DNA from: Nitrospinaceae bacterium
GTDB lineage: Bacteria; Nitrospinota; Nitrospinia; Nitrospinales; Nitrospinaceae
Direction: 5' to 3'
Length of the DNA: 64,000 bases
Assembly: GCA_965223665.1 (NCBI GenBank)
Contig: OZ245011.1
Span: forward strand, 960,001-1,024,000
Under the pieces are notes generated by a model. The model did not search any database and was not told the DNA's origin. It saw only the letters and a program-made list of their open reading frames with translations. Positions 52,544-63,163 of the stretch are shown here, piece after piece. The translations under genes were made by a program, and so were the position numbers. Position 1 is the stretch's first letter. The number at the start of each line of letters is the position of its first letter.

Positions 52544-55342
52544 TCAAGCCTTTGCTGATTCAAGGTTCGTGACACAACGGGAGCAAATAGATGCGTGATC
52601 TGGATGAGAATCCTTGGCCTCAAAATAATTCCAACAACGTTCACATTTTTCTCCTGGAGCTGGGTACACGGAGATTTCCAAACCTGGAATGGTTTCACTA
52701 TTATAAACACTCTTTTCTTCACTTAAACTATCGACTAATTCCGCCCCAGAAACTATAAAAATAAATTTGAGTTGATGAGTTTCCTCACTTAGGACCGTGT
52801 AGTAATTATTTGGAAGTTTTATTTTCACTAACGCATCCAATGAATGCCCAATAATTTTTTCCTGCCTTTTTAGTTCTAAAGCTTTACTCACTTCACTTTT
52901 TAATACAATAATTTTTTCCCATTTATCTATTAAATCCTCTTTGAATGAAACATCCGTTAAATCAGGAAATTTTTCTAAATGGACACTTTTCTCATTACCT
53001 GTCCTTCCAGGCATATAGGCCCACACCTCTTCGGAAGTAAAACTTAAAACAGGTGCCATCATTTGAACCATACCTGTCAAAAGTTTATACATTGCAGTTT
53101 GACCTGATCGACGCTGCTTAGAATTTCTTGGAAACGTATAAAGACGGTCTTTCAAAATATCTAAATAAAATGCACTTAAATCCACGACACAAAAATTATA
53201 AAAAGTATGATAAAAAACATGAAACTCAAACTCTTCAAAGGCCTTTACTATTCTTTCAAACACTTTTTTAAAGCGATACAAAATAAATTGATCAATTTCC
53301 TCCAGTTCGTCAAAGAGTAAAGAGTCATTTGAAGGATCAAAGTCATTTAAATTTCCTAGTAAAAACCGAAACGTATTTCGAATTTTTCGATAAGCTTCAG
53401 TAAGTCGTTTTAATATTTCATGGGAAATGCGAATGTCTTCCCTATAATTTTCTGAAGCCACCCATAGCCGCAGAATTTCAGCACCATATTGGTCAATAAT
53501 TTTCTGAGGAGCGATTACATTTCCGGAAGACTTTGACATTTTTTTACCCTTACCATCTACCACATAGCCATGAGTTAGTACGGCTTTATAAGGTGCTGAA
53601 CCTCGGGTTCCAACGGATTCAAGTAATGAACTATGAAACCACCCTCGATGCTGGTCACTACCTTCCAAATATAAGTCTGCTGGCCATTGCAACTGAGGAT
53701 CTTCTTCAATCACAGCAGCATGACTCACTCCGGAATCAAACCAAACATCAAGAATGTCCATTTCCTTTTTAAATTCCTGACTACCACAAACGCATTTCGT
53801 CCCATCCGGCAAAAGCTCACGAACTTCTTTTTCAAACCAAAAATCAGCTCCATGCTCTTCTACCAACTTCACAATGTGCTTAAAAATTTTATCAGAACAT
53901 AATTGTTCTCCACATTGTTCGCAGGAAAAAACAGTAATGGGAACTCCCCAGGCACGTTGTCGGGAAACGCACCAATCCGGGCGGTTTTCTACCATACTGT
54001 AAATTCGCTCTTTTCCCCAATCCGGGATCCAACGGGTCTTGTTAATTTCTTCAAGAGACTTAGATCGAAGATCTCCCTTATCCATGGGAATAAACCATTG
54101 TGCTGTTGCGCGAAAAATAATGGGCTGGCGACACCGCCAACAATGAGGATAAGAATGCACTAATTCGCTGTCATGAATTAAAAAATTTCCTTCTCTTAAT
54201 TTTTCGATAATTTCCGGATTGGCCTTGGTAACAAACATACCAGAAAAGTGCTCCACCTCTGGCTTAAACACTCCCTTATCATCAACGGGATTATAAGTTT
54301 CTAAACCATATTTTTGACCCACTACGTAATCCTCTTGGCCGTGACCCGGAGCAGTATGGACACAGCCGGTACCCTGCTCCAAGGTGACATGGTCACCTAA
54401 AATGACCTTAGAATCTCTTTCAATGAAAGGATGACGACATATAATATTTTCTAAATCTTTTCCTGAACACTTTCCAATAATTTTATAATCATCAACTTCC
54501 CATTCTAAAACTAAAGCAGGTAGCCTTTCTTCAGCAACTACCCAGTATTCATTTTGAATCTCAACAGCAACATATTGAAACTCAGGATGCACACACACTG
54601 CTAAATTTGCCGGCAAAGTCCAAGGAGTCGTTGTCCAAATCACAAAATGAACTTTTTTAGAATCAACCCCGCTTATCTGGTTTTCCCAACCCGAAACCAC
54701 AGGGAATTTCACATAAATAGAGGAAGATTTATGATTTCCATATTCCACCTCGGCTTCCGCTAAAGCTGTCATACAATTTGTACACCAATGTACCGGTTTT
54801 AAACCCTTATATACATTACCCGATTGAACAAACTTTCCAAATTCTCGAACAATGGTGGCTTCATACTCATAGTCCATCGTGAGATAAGGCTTATCCCAAT
54901 CGGCAAACACACCCAGCCGTTTAAATTCTTCTTTCTGAATATCAACAAATTTTGCAGCGTAATCTCTACATAACTTTCGAATTTCCGTTTTAGAAAAATC
55001 TTTCTTTTTGGATTTCAGGTCTTTTCCGACCTGATGCTCAATAGGTAAACCATGGCAATCCCATCCAGGAATAAATGTGGCGTCATAACCTTTCATACTC
55101 ATGATTTTGACAACAAAATCCTTTAGTATTTTATTTAATGCATGTCCCATATGGATATGCCCATTGGCATAGGGAGGTCCATCATGGAAGACATACTTTG
55201 GCCTCCCCCTGGAATGGTTTCTAATTAATTCATAGACTCCTTCCGTTTCCCATTTTTTCAACATCTCGGGTTCTTTTTTCACGAGATTTGCTTTCATTGG
55301 GAAATCAGTCTTTGGTAAATTTAGAGTTTCTTTATAATCCAT
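52544..55342 (-). CDS. ileS: Isoleucine--tRNA ligase (type 1)
   Basis: HDGPPYANG.IHMGH, WTTTPWTLPAN, KMSKS, C-terminal CERC...CSRC. Confidence 0.98.
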   Translation of the reverse strand: MDYKETLNLPKTDFPMKANLVKKEPEMLKKWETEGVYELIRNHSRGRPKYVFHDGPPYANGHIHMGHALNKILKDFVVKIMSMKGYDATFIPGWDCHGLPIEHQVGKDLKSKKKDFSKTEIRKLCRDYAAKFVDIQKEEFKRLGVFADWDKPYLTMDYEYEATIVREFGKFVQSGNVYKGLKPVHWCTNCMTALAEAEVEYGNHKSSSIYVKFPVVSGWENQISGVDSKKVHFVIWTTTPWTLPANLAVCVHPEFQYVAVEIQNEYWVVAEERLPALVLEWEVDDYKIIGKCSGKDLENIICRHPFIERDSKVILGDHVTLEQGTGCVHTAPGHGQEDYVVGQKYGLETYNPVDDKGVFKPEVEHFSGMFVTKANPEIIEKLREGNFLIHDSELVHSYPHCWRCRQPIIFRATAQWFIPMDKGDLRSKSLEEINKTRWIPDWGKERIYSMVENRPDWCVSRQRAWGVPITVFSCEQCGEQLCSDKIFKHIVKLVEEHGADFWFEKEVRELLPDGTKCVCGSQEFKKEMDILDVWFDSGVSHAAVIEEDPQLQWPADLYLEGSDQHRGWFHSSLLESVGTRGSAPYKAVLTHGYVVDGKGKKMSKSSGNVIAPQKIIDQYGAEILRLWVASENYREDIRISHEILKRLTEAYRKIRNTFRFLLGNLNDFDPSNDSLLFDELEEIDQFILYRFKKVFERIVKAFEEFEFHVFYHTFYNFCVVDLSAFYLDILKDRLYTFPRNSKQRRSGQTAMYKLLTGMVQMMAPVLSFTSEEVWAYMPGRTGNEKSVHLEKFPDLTDVSFKEDLIDKWEKIIVLKSEVSKALELKRQEKIIGHSLDALVKIKLPNNYYTVLSEETHQLKFIFIVSGAELVDSLSEEKSVYNSETIPGLEISVYPAPGEKCERCWNYFEAKDSHPDHASICSRCVTNLESAKA

Positions 55343-55375
55343 TTGATTAACTAAGGAGCTGGTAAAGGGTTTATA

Positions 55376-56365
55376 TTATTTTAATTTCATTACAGATTTG
55401 GCTTTATCCATCGTACGTTTCGCTACTCGACTAGCTTTTTCTGTTCCTACTGCAAATATTTCTTCTACTTCCTTAGGTTTCGCAGCAATCTCGCGTCTTC
55501 GCTCCAATTGAGGTCCCATTACCTCAAGCATGGATTCGGATAATTTCTTTTTACAATCTCCGCATCCAATCGCCGCCGTTCGACAATCGCGATCTATCTC
55601 CTGTTGCATTTCTTCAGAAGAAAAAAGTTTATGAAAAGGAAATAGATTACATACATCCGGATCACCCGGATCATTCCGTCTGGCCCTTGCTGGATCAGTA
55701 AGCATAGATTGAATTTTCTTTTTTATTTCTTTTTCCGAGTCAGAAAGGTAAATGGAATTATTATAACTCTTACTCATTTTTCTACCATCGATCCCATTTA
55801 ATTTGGGAGTTTCAGAAATTTTTGCTTCGGGTTCAATAAAAACATTTTTCTTATAAAACCCATTAAATCGGCGAACAATTTCTCGAGAAATTTCTAAATG
55901 AGGTGCTTGATCAATTCCAACTGGCACATAATGAGCATTGTAGAGAACGATATCCGCCGTTTGTAAAATGGGATACCCTAAAAACCCATAAGTACACATA
56001 TCTACGGTTTTTATTTCTTGCTGCTTTTCCTTGTATGTAGGATTCCTCTCCAACCAGGGAACCGGAACAATCATGGACAATATCAAATGCAATTCTGCAT
56101 GCTCCGGGATCTCACTCTGAACAAACAAAGTACACTTTTCGGGATCCAGACCGGAACTTAACCAATCCACAGCCACTTCAAAAGAGTACTCCTTAATGTA
56201 CTTGGGGTCCTGATACAATGTAGTTAAAGAATGCCAATCTGCAATACAGTAAAAACACTCGTACTCATCCTGCAGGGAAACCCAATTTTGTAAGGCTCCA
56301 AAATAATTGCCTAAATGCAACCTACCTGAGGGCTGCATCCCACTTAAAATTCTTTTTTTAGCCAT
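55376..56365 (-). CDS. trpS: Tryptophan--tRNA ligase
   Basis: SGMQPSG.LHLGNY, YP.LQ.ADI, VPVG.DQ, KMSKS; start at ATG 56365 (MAKKRILSG). Confidence 0.96.
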   Translation of the reverse strand: MAKKRILSGMQPSGRLHLGNYFGALQNWVSLQDEYECFYCIADWHSLTTLYQDPKYIKEYSFEVAVDWLSSGLDPEKCTLFVQSEIPEHAELHLILSMIVPVPWLERNPTYKEKQQEIKTVDMCTYGFLGYPILQTADIVLYNAHYVPVGIDQAPHLEISREIVRRFNGFYKKNVFIEPEAKISETPKLNGIDGRKMSKSYNNSIYLSDSEKEIKKKIQSMLTDPARARRNDPGDPDVCNLFPFHKLFSSEEMQQEIDRDCRTAAIGCGDCKKKLSESMLEVMGPQLERRREIAAKPKEVEEIFAVGTEKASRVAKRTMDKAKSVMKLK

Positions 56366-56387
56366 GTACTTTTCCATCCCCAGAGGC

Positions 56388-57044
56388 TTATAACAAACCA
56401 CCTTTAAAAATCTCCCTTATTAAAGGGAACGTTTCTTGAGTGAAAAACTCTATCATAAACGATAAGGGAATTCTAAGGATACTTATCAATATTTTGGTAT
56501 TTGCAAAATAGTCCATTAGAAAAATTCCCAACAACAGCACTCCCATATATCGATCAAAATAATTTAACTTTTGAGCAGTAGTGGGAGAAACCATACCCTT
56601 TAAAACACTCGAACCATCCAGGGGAAAAATAGGCAACATATTAAAAATGGCTAATGCGCTATTTACATATACTCCTAAAGCAAAGATAAAAAAGAGAATT
56701 GGTTGTTCTTCTATATTGATCAAACGAAGAAAAAACCCGCAAAAAAGTGCTAGCACAAAATTTGAAGCCGGCCCTGCCATAGCAACGTACATCATGTCTC
56801 TTTGGGGATTTTGAAAATTTCTGGGATCCACAGGGACAGGTTTTGCCCAACCAAAACCCAAAAAGTAAAAAGAAATCGCTCCAAGAAAATCAAGATGTTT
56901 AAGTGGATTAAAGGTTAAACGTCCCAGCAATTTGGCAGTATTATCGCCCAAGTAATAAGCAGCCCTTCCATGTGAGTACTCATGGACGGTCAATGAAAAT
57001 ACAATAATGGAAGTAAAAATTATATAAAACTGTATTGGGTTCAA
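56388..57044 (-). CDS. Site-2 protease (M50 family, YdcA-like)
   Basis: HEYSH, GWAKPVP, AGPASN, NMLPIFPLDG. Confidence 0.9.
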   Translation of the reverse strand: MNPIQFYIIFTSIIVFSLTVHEYSHGRAAYYLGDNTAKLLGRLTFNPLKHLDFLGAISFYFLGFGWAKPVPVDPRNFQNPQRDMMYVAMAGPASNFVLALFCGFFLRLINIEEQPILFFIFALGVYVNSALAIFNMLPIFPLDGSSVLKGMVSPTTAQKLNYFDRYMGVLLLGIFLMDYFANTKILISILRIPLSFMIEFFTQETFPLIREIFKGGLL

Positions 57045-57488
57045 TTGTTCCTCTTAATTGGAATAAATTCACAGAAGGGACTAGGGAATGGAGGGCCATT
57101 TTCCAAAAAATCACAACTTCTATTACTTAATTTTATCTCATTTCATTTTTTTTCCCAAACCAAACTCTGGGAAATTATCTTTACCTCTGAAAAAGACCCT
57201 CAAAATTGGAAAATTTACTTAATTTATTCCTCTCTAAGAAAAGCCACTATAAATTTTTTGGTAGAAGAAGGTCAATTTACATACCGAAATTTATTGAAAT
57301 ATGTTAATATAATCAACAGGTTGGATATTTTTACTTAAGCTCCATCTAAACATTTCTACCTAGCTCATAAGGTGACTTAGTAAATAAACTTGCTCGCGGG
57401 GATTTATATTCCTTCAAACTAAATCTCATAATATTCTCCAACGAATTTTAGAATATTAAAATTTTTCGTAATCCCCATCCTACAAAAT

Positions 57489-58796
57489 ATGGATTCAACA
57501 ATAATCAATTCGTCGCTCGATATTTTTTCTGATTTTTGGCAAAACATCACACAAATATTCTCGGGAATAAAGGACGATCCATTTGCATTCCTCCATTCTA
57601 TTATTAATAGTCCCGCATGGGTTCTTATTGGAGGATTAATATTAGCTTCATTTATCATTTTCTTTTTCCAAAGAAAAAAAAGAAAAAGTTTGCAAAAAAA
57701 GCGAATGGAAGAACTAAGTGAAGCCTTACAAGATGATCAGGATTACGAAGCCTCTGCATTAACTTATTCCGAAAATGCAAATGAAGACTCGCTAATGGAA
57801 GAATTGAAAGATCAGCTTGAGATCACTGAAGAATCGAATGAAAACATTGGCCCAGCAGGACCCGAAATCGAGATCCTCGAAAATTCTTCAGCCAATATTG
57901 AAGAGGAATTAAAAGAATTAGACCAAAATCTCCAGGATGAAGATGATGTTTTCAAACAAATAGAGGGCTTGGACTCTGAAAACCAAATATCTTCCTCAGA
58001 AAACTTTCAATACGATGCGGAACAAGCACTGGAAAACCTCTTAATTGACGAATCTAACGTTACGGAAGAACCTGTCACGACCAATGGAGAAACTCTTTCA
58101 GACTCTGAGGAATCCGCATTAGAATCGGAAAAACTGGAAGTTCCCACCTCTTCCATTGAATCCAATTATGATAATCAAGACAGTGAATCCATTGAACAAA
58201 CAGTCTCTGCCAAAAATCCGGAACTTCTTTCTACAGAAACAGATTCTGAAATAGAAAACGAGAAAAAGCCTCCCCCCATACAACCAACAATAAAAACTAA
58301 AGAACCTTTTTTCTTGTCTCTAGAATTCTTAGTAGAAGAACCCAGTCACTCAAAAAACACAATTATTTCCCCCAACTCGAATTCCGATGAAAAAAATGAC
58401 TCCCTGACAGATTTGGGAGATTTAAACCAAAAAATTGAGAAAACGATTCAGTATTTCCACAAAGAGGTAATAACGGAAAATACATCAAAGGAGAATAAAC
58501 CTCTGGTTCTTAATGCTCAAGATATGGTCTCAAATTATTCTTCTGAAATTGATATCGATTTAAAGGATCAAATTCAAAAGTTTGGAAGTTTATTGGAAAA
58601 ACAAATTCTTGACTCAGGAAAAAACAAAAATCTTTCCATTAGGGATGATTCTCAAAACAAATCCAACCCGCCTTTAGAATTCGATGCGTCTGATAAAAAT
58701 TTTATTAATACAAATACAAAAAATAAAAAAACCATTTCATTAGATACATTAGAATCATTACTATTCACCCTTAGAAAAAAAGAAACGAGCACATGA
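57489..58796 (+). CDS. Membrane-anchored acidic, low-complexity hypothetical protein
   Basis: Single TM followed by a basic stop-transfer (RKKRK) and a long E/D/S/N-rich region; ATGA overlap with the next gene. Confidence 0.65.
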   Translation: MDSTIINSSLDIFSDFWQNITQIFSGIKDDPFAFLHSIINSPAWVLIGGLILASFIIFFFQRKKRKSLQKKRMEELSEALQDDQDYEASALTYSENANEDSLMEELKDQLEITEESNENIGPAGPEIEILENSSANIEEELKELDQNLQDEDDVFKQIEGLDSENQISSSENFQYDAEQALENLLIDESNVTEEPVTTNGETLSDSEESALESEKLEVPTSSIESNYDNQDSESIEQTVSAKNPELLSTETDSEIENEKKPPPIQPTIKTKEPFFLSLEFLVEEPSHSKNTIISPNSNSDEKNDSLTDLGDLNQKIEKTIQYFHKEVITENTSKENKPLVLNAQDMVSNYSSEIDIDLKDQIQKFGSLLEKQILDSGKNKNLSIRDDSQNKSNPPLEFDASDKNFINTNTKNKKTISLDTLESLLFTLRKKETST

Positions 58797-59770
58797 CATC
58801 AACCCCAAAAATAATAACCATTGGTGGCGGAAAAGGTGGTGTGGGCAAAAGTATATTGGCCACAAACCTATCTATTGCTCTGGCTATCATGGGTCAAAAA
58901 ATAGTTTTAATGGATGGAGATTTTGGTGCTTCCAATCTCCATGCACTTCTGGGGTTGTGTAATCCACCTAATGGGTTTCAAGATTTAATTAATAAAAGTG
59001 AAACAGATCCCAATTCATTGCTTATTGAAACAGGAGTAGCAAATTTAAGGTTCTTAAGTGGAGCAGGAGATTTTCCTGGTAGTGGTGATATCAATTTAAA
59101 AAATCAAAATCGGCTTGTAAGTTTAATAAAAAACCTAAGCGCAGAAACCATAATTATAGATTTAGGACCCGGAATGAATTTTCAGGTTATAGATTTTTTC
59201 AATCTGGGTCATGAACAAATTGTTGTCTCCACGCCAGAAATAACTTCTATAATGAATACTTTTGGTTTTATAAAATCCGCACTATTTAGAAAGATTGGCC
59301 AAGTTTTTAAAGGAAACTCAGAAATTCAAAACCTGCTGGATATTACACGCAATCCTAATGTCTCAGAAGAATGCTATAAAATTGAGGAGTTTAAATCTAA
59401 GGTTCAGGAAATACAACCGGATTCCTTAGAAGAATTGGAAAAGTTAATTTCTGATTTTCAAATTGGACTGGTAATAAACCGCGTTCAAACTAAAAAAGAT
59501 ATTTTTATGGGCGATCACTTAATTGAGCTTGCCAAAAAATTTCTTGGGATTAAAGTCCAATATTTAGGTTATGTGATTGAAAGCGATCATGTTCGAAGTT
59601 CTGTCGGTGAAATGATACCTTTTTTAATTAAAGATCCTCAAAGCCCACCCTCTAAAAATTTGCAGCAAGTTATTAGCTCTGTGACTGGCTCAGAAGTTCA
59701 TCTCATTAAGAAAGATGGTACCATTTTTGTTTCTAAACAAATCCAGCTTCCCACCGGTTGGAGTCAGTAA
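58793..59770 (+). CDS. MinD/FlhG (ParA-superfamily) ATPase
   Basis: Deviant Walker A GGKGGVGKS, DGDFG..NL, IIDLG.G, TPE.TS. Confidence 0.88.
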   Translation: MTSTPKIITIGGGKGGVGKSILATNLSIALAIMGQKIVLMDGDFGASNLHALLGLCNPPNGFQDLINKSETDPNSLLIETGVANLRFLSGAGDFPGSGDINLKNQNRLVSLIKNLSAETIIIDLGPGMNFQVIDFFNLGHEQIVVSTPEITSIMNTFGFIKSALFRKIGQVFKGNSEIQNLLDITRNPNVSEECYKIEEFKSKVQEIQPDSLEELEKLISDFQIGLVINRVQTKKDIFMGDHLIELAKKFLGIKVQYLGYVIESDHVRSSVGEMIPFLIKDPQSPPSKNLQQVISSVTGSEVHLIKKDGTIFVSKQIQLPTGWSQ

Positions 59771-59820
59771 TTTTATTTTTTTCCAATAAAGTATAAAATA
59801 ATAGCTTCTATTAACTTTTC

Positions 59821-61215
59821 TTGGTTGCGTGGGTGCAAATAAAAACAAAAACTTATTTAAAAAATCTTTTAAAACTCGCACAAAAGAATTCAGAGGTTTT
59901 ATATGTTGTAGGAGGAACCTTACGAAACCAATATTTAAAACTTCCCTTCGAAGATTATGATTTTACTGGGATCAATGCACCTGAAATTGCAAATTCATTT
60001 GCGGAATCTCTAAAGCTGCCTCTTGTTAAATTGGATGACACTCCAAATCGTGAGACATTTCGGGTAGTAATTGTTAAAAATCTATTTTTTGATTTTTGTC
60101 GTCTACAGGGCTGTAACATTGAGGAAGATTTAAGCCAGAGAGATTTTTCAATAAATGCAATGGCTCAGCCCTTAGATCAGTTTATCCAAGGTTCTTCAAG
60201 TTTAATTGATAATTACAATGGATTAAATGATCTTAAAAATAAAACCATCAGAGTATTATCAAAAAATTCCTTTAAAGAAGACCCGCTTCGGATGCTCCGA
60301 GCTGTTAGGTTTACCGCCACATTAAATTTTTCAATAGAACCCGAAACCTTCTCACAAATAAAAAGTTTAAACAAAAATCTGCAATCTGTTGCAAACGAAA
60401 GAGTCACCTCAGAATTATTAAAAATCCTGGGATCTAATAATTCCCAATTTGCGCATTTACTTACATCGGGTATCGCAACTTCCATACTGCCCGAATTAAA
60501 TGATTCCGTTTTTAAAGAAAACCAATTAATCTCTTCAAAAAAAGAGCCCTCCCCTTTTATACAATATCTGGAATTCCTGGAACAATTATTAAACCAACCG
60601 AGCATTTATTTTAATAGGTTTTCGAATAACCTGAGCAAAGCTTTAACAGTTCAAAATAACCGGTATTTGATAAAAATGGCTGGATTGCTTACCCCCATAG
60701 AGTTGTCTTCTACGGTTCAAAAAACCTCCATTTTTCAGGTGAGAAAATCTTCTAAAATACTATCTGCTCTTAAACGACTAAAATGGAGCAACGATCATCA
60801 AAGTTTCATCGATAAAACACTTCATTTCTATCATTACCTATTAAAAAACTTTGAAACCTTCTTCATGACTCCATTAATGGAAACTCAGGTCTACCAATTA
60901 ATAAAGCAAAGTGGGGACGCCTTCTTGCCATCAATTTTTCTGTTAATTGCCGATCGAATGACCAAGAAAAATGTTTCCTCAAACTTAAAAAGTTCTACTG
61001 AAACAATTATGGAATTTTATTTTGAAACATTTTTACCTCGTCAAAACCAAAATCCCCTTTTAAATGGAGAAACTTTAATAAATAAATTTCATTTAGAACC
61101 ATCACCCAAATTCAAAATAATAATTGATCAAATTGAGGAGGCCAGAGTTCTAGGAAAAATTTCTACTAAAGAGGAAGCAGAATCTCTTGCTCGTGCTATA
61201 ATCAATTCTCAATAA
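59821..61215 (+). CDS. Class II tRNA nucleotidyltransferase (probably CC-adding)
   Basis: VGG.LR, DYD, EEDL..RDFSINAMA, EDPLRMLRA.RF, ERV..EL; short loop between motifs A and B. Confidence 0.8.
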   Translation: MVAWVQIKTKTYLKNLLKLAQKNSEVLYVVGGTLRNQYLKLPFEDYDFTGINAPEIANSFAESLKLPLVKLDDTPNRETFRVVIVKNLFFDFCRLQGCNIEEDLSQRDFSINAMAQPLDQFIQGSSSLIDNYNGLNDLKNKTIRVLSKNSFKEDPLRMLRAVRFTATLNFSIEPETFSQIKSLNKNLQSVANERVTSELLKILGSNNSQFAHLLTSGIATSILPELNDSVFKENQLISSKKEPSPFIQYLEFLEQLLNQPSIYFNRFSNNLSKALTVQNNRYLIKMAGLLTPIELSSTVQKTSIFQVRKSSKILSALKRLKWSNDHQSFIDKTLHFYHYLLKNFETFFMTPLMETQVYQLIKQSGDAFLPSIFLLIADRMTKKNVSSNLKSSTETIMEFYFETFLPRQNQNPLLNGETLINKFHLEPSPKFKIIIDQIEEARVLGKISTKEEAESLARAIINSQ

Positions 61216-61230
61216 TGGAATGGACAAAAA

Positions 61231-61884
61231 ATGAAATATAAAAATACCTTTTGGTTGGATAAAAAAATAATTTTAGGTGAAGGGGAAATTGATTCTGAAA
61301 AACCCATTAAAATATTAATTGGTTTTCACGGGGCTGATTCCACTCCCGAGAATATTTTAGTTCATGGAAACAAACTAAATCTTAGCAATACAATAACCGT
61401 TTATCCTGAAGGGCCTATTGAAGCAAATGAAGGTTCCTGGAGTTGGTGGCTAGATGGCCCTGGACAAAAAAATTCCATTGTTGAATTTATAGATTTCACC
61501 TCCCAAATAATTGATGAAGCTAATAATTATGTAAAGAAAAACCATTCTCCCCGAAATATCCGAACATGCTTATGGGGATTTTCCCAGGGAGCCGCTGCCT
61601 CACTTGTTTATACTTTAATGGGAAAGCATTCTTTATTCAAAGTGGCTTCTATCTGTGGGTTTTTGCCGGAGTTACCCGATGATAAGGAAAAAAATCCGGA
61701 AAACTCCACAATCCTAGGAATTTTTGGAACAAACGATGAAATAATCCCTTCATTTTTAGCGGACCATGCTCTTGAAGAAATGAAAAACCAAGGGCATGAT
61801 TTAACCATTAAAGAAACTTCCCAAAGTCATGAAATAAATTCAGATAATATTTTTGATATGACTTCTTTTTTTAACTCTGGTTGA
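61231..61884 (+). CDS. Alpha/beta hydrolase (phospholipase/carboxylesterase family)
   Basis: FHG, GFSQG nucleophile elbow, G.ND..IP, SHEI. Confidence 0.85.
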   Translation: MKYKNTFWLDKKIILGEGEIDSEKPIKILIGFHGADSTPENILVHGNKLNLSNTITVYPEGPIEANEGSWSWWLDGPGQKNSIVEFIDFTSQIIDEANNYVKKNHSPRNIRTCLWGFSQGAAASLVYTLMGKHSLFKVASICGFLPELPDDKEKNPENSTILGIFGTNDEIIPSFLADHALEEMKNQGHDLTIKETSQSHEINSDNIFDMTSFFNSG

Positions 61885-61912
61885 ATCCCCTTCTTATCAA
61901 CTCTAATTTTAA

Positions 61913-61940
61913 TTGACAACATAACCCCGTTTGGTACTAT
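61913..61940 (+). promoter_or_regulatory. Sigma70 promoter preceding riboswitch
   Basis: TTGACA-N16-TACTAT immediately 5' of the riboswitch. Confidence 0.5.
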
Positions 61941-61956
61941 TTAAAAAATTTGAACT

Positions 61957-62110
61957 TTTGTTCAGGTGTATGGAAAGACGGTGAAATTCCGTCACGGGTC
62001 CGCCGCTGTAACCGAGGACGAAACCTGCGATTGACCACTGAATATATTCTATATTTGGGAAGGTGCAGGAATTAGATTGATTCGGAAGTCAGAAAGCCTG
62101 TCTGAACAAA
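61957..62110 (+). ncRNA. Cobalamin riboswitch
   Basis: P1 TTTGTTCAGG/TCTGAACAAA; ACGGTGAAATTCCGT T-loop; GCCGCTGTAA; CCACTG...GGGAAGG; B12-box-like AGTCAGAAAGCCTG; upstream of Btu-type genes. Confidence 0.9.
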
Positions 62111-62212
62111 CTTCACACACTCTCCGGTTCCTGAGAGGTGAAGGAAATAAATATACTCTTTCCTAAGGAAAGATGGATTTAGGCCTTCCAGGAAACCGGG
62201 AAATATAATCTA

Positions 62213-63163
62213 ATGAAAAGCCTAATTGCATCTTTCGTCCATAAACTAACATTTAGAAATAAAAACTACCCTTCCTCAATTAGGTTCTCTTTTTTTATTA
62301 AGAACTCTTATTTATTTTCATTACTGATAATAATTTTTTCCAATTCATCTTTGGTATTGGCGAGCCCTCCTTTTCCACAAAGAATAATCTCCATGTCTCC
62401 ATCTATTACAGAGATATTATTTGAAATTGGTGCAGGTGACCGAGTTGTAGGTGTAACCAATTTTTGCTCTTATCCCAAAGAAGCCTGCGAATTGCCAAAA
62501 ATCGGTGGGCTTTTAAACCCAAGTAAAGAAATTTGGATCCAATTACAACCAGATTTAATCATCCTCCAAAAAGGTAGTCAAAAATTAGAAAGAGATGCTC
62601 ATCGCTTAAACTTAAATACTCTTTCAGTATCTATGGGAAGCATCAATGATATTTTAGATTCCATCCACACCATAGGAAAAAGTTTAGGAAATGAAAGTAA
62701 TGCTAAGCAACTTGTGAAAAGGTTAAAATCAGGTATTAAAGATTTTAAAAATCGGTTAGCAAATACAAACCCTAAATCTGTTCTATTAATATTAGGAGAT
62801 TCAGCAGATCCTCAAAAAGACCTTTATGCAGCAGGGAGTCAAACCTTTTTAAGTCAATTATTGGAACTCGCTGGAGGAAAAAATGTTATCGACGATCCAT
62901 TGGCAGAATATCCAAAAGTATCTAAGGAGTTTATTATTCAAAAGTCGCCTGAAGTGATTATTGAAGCTGGTCCAAAATCAAACCTGTCTGGAAAAGAAAA
63001 AATTATTCGACTAGACCAATGGAACTTATTTACTACTATTCGCGCGGTTAAAAACAAAAATATACATTTTATTGGAGCAGATTATATTTTAATTCCCGGA
63101 CCCCGGTTATTAAAAATAATTGAACATTTTGCTAAAGCCATTCATCCCGAGCTATTCCAATGA
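62213..63163 (+). CDS. btuF: Cobalamin ABC transporter substrate-binding protein (BtuF-like)
   Basis: RIISMSPSITEILF, VVGV...C.YP, PGPR; riboswitch context. Confidence 0.85.
   Translation: MKSLIASFVHKLTFRNKNYPSSIRFSFFIKNSYLFSLLIIIFSNSSLVLASPPFPQRIISMSPSITEILFEIGAGDRVVGVTNFCSYPKEACELPKIGGLLNPSKEIWIQLQPDLIILQKGSQKLERDAHRLNLNTLSVSMGSINDILDSIHTIGKSLGNESNAKQLVKRLKSGIKDFKNRLANTNPKSVLLILGDSADPQKDLYAAGSQTFLSQLLELAGGKNVIDDPLAEYPKVSKEFIIQKSPEVIIEAGPKSNLSGKEKIIRLDQWNLFTTIRAVKNKNIHFIGADYILIPGPRLLKIIEHFAKAIHPELFQ

Noticed and set aside
57045-57658. ORFs 57045..57338 (+) and 57419..57658 (-)
   Set aside because: AT-rich divergent promoter region or antisense overlap; no RBS or motifs.
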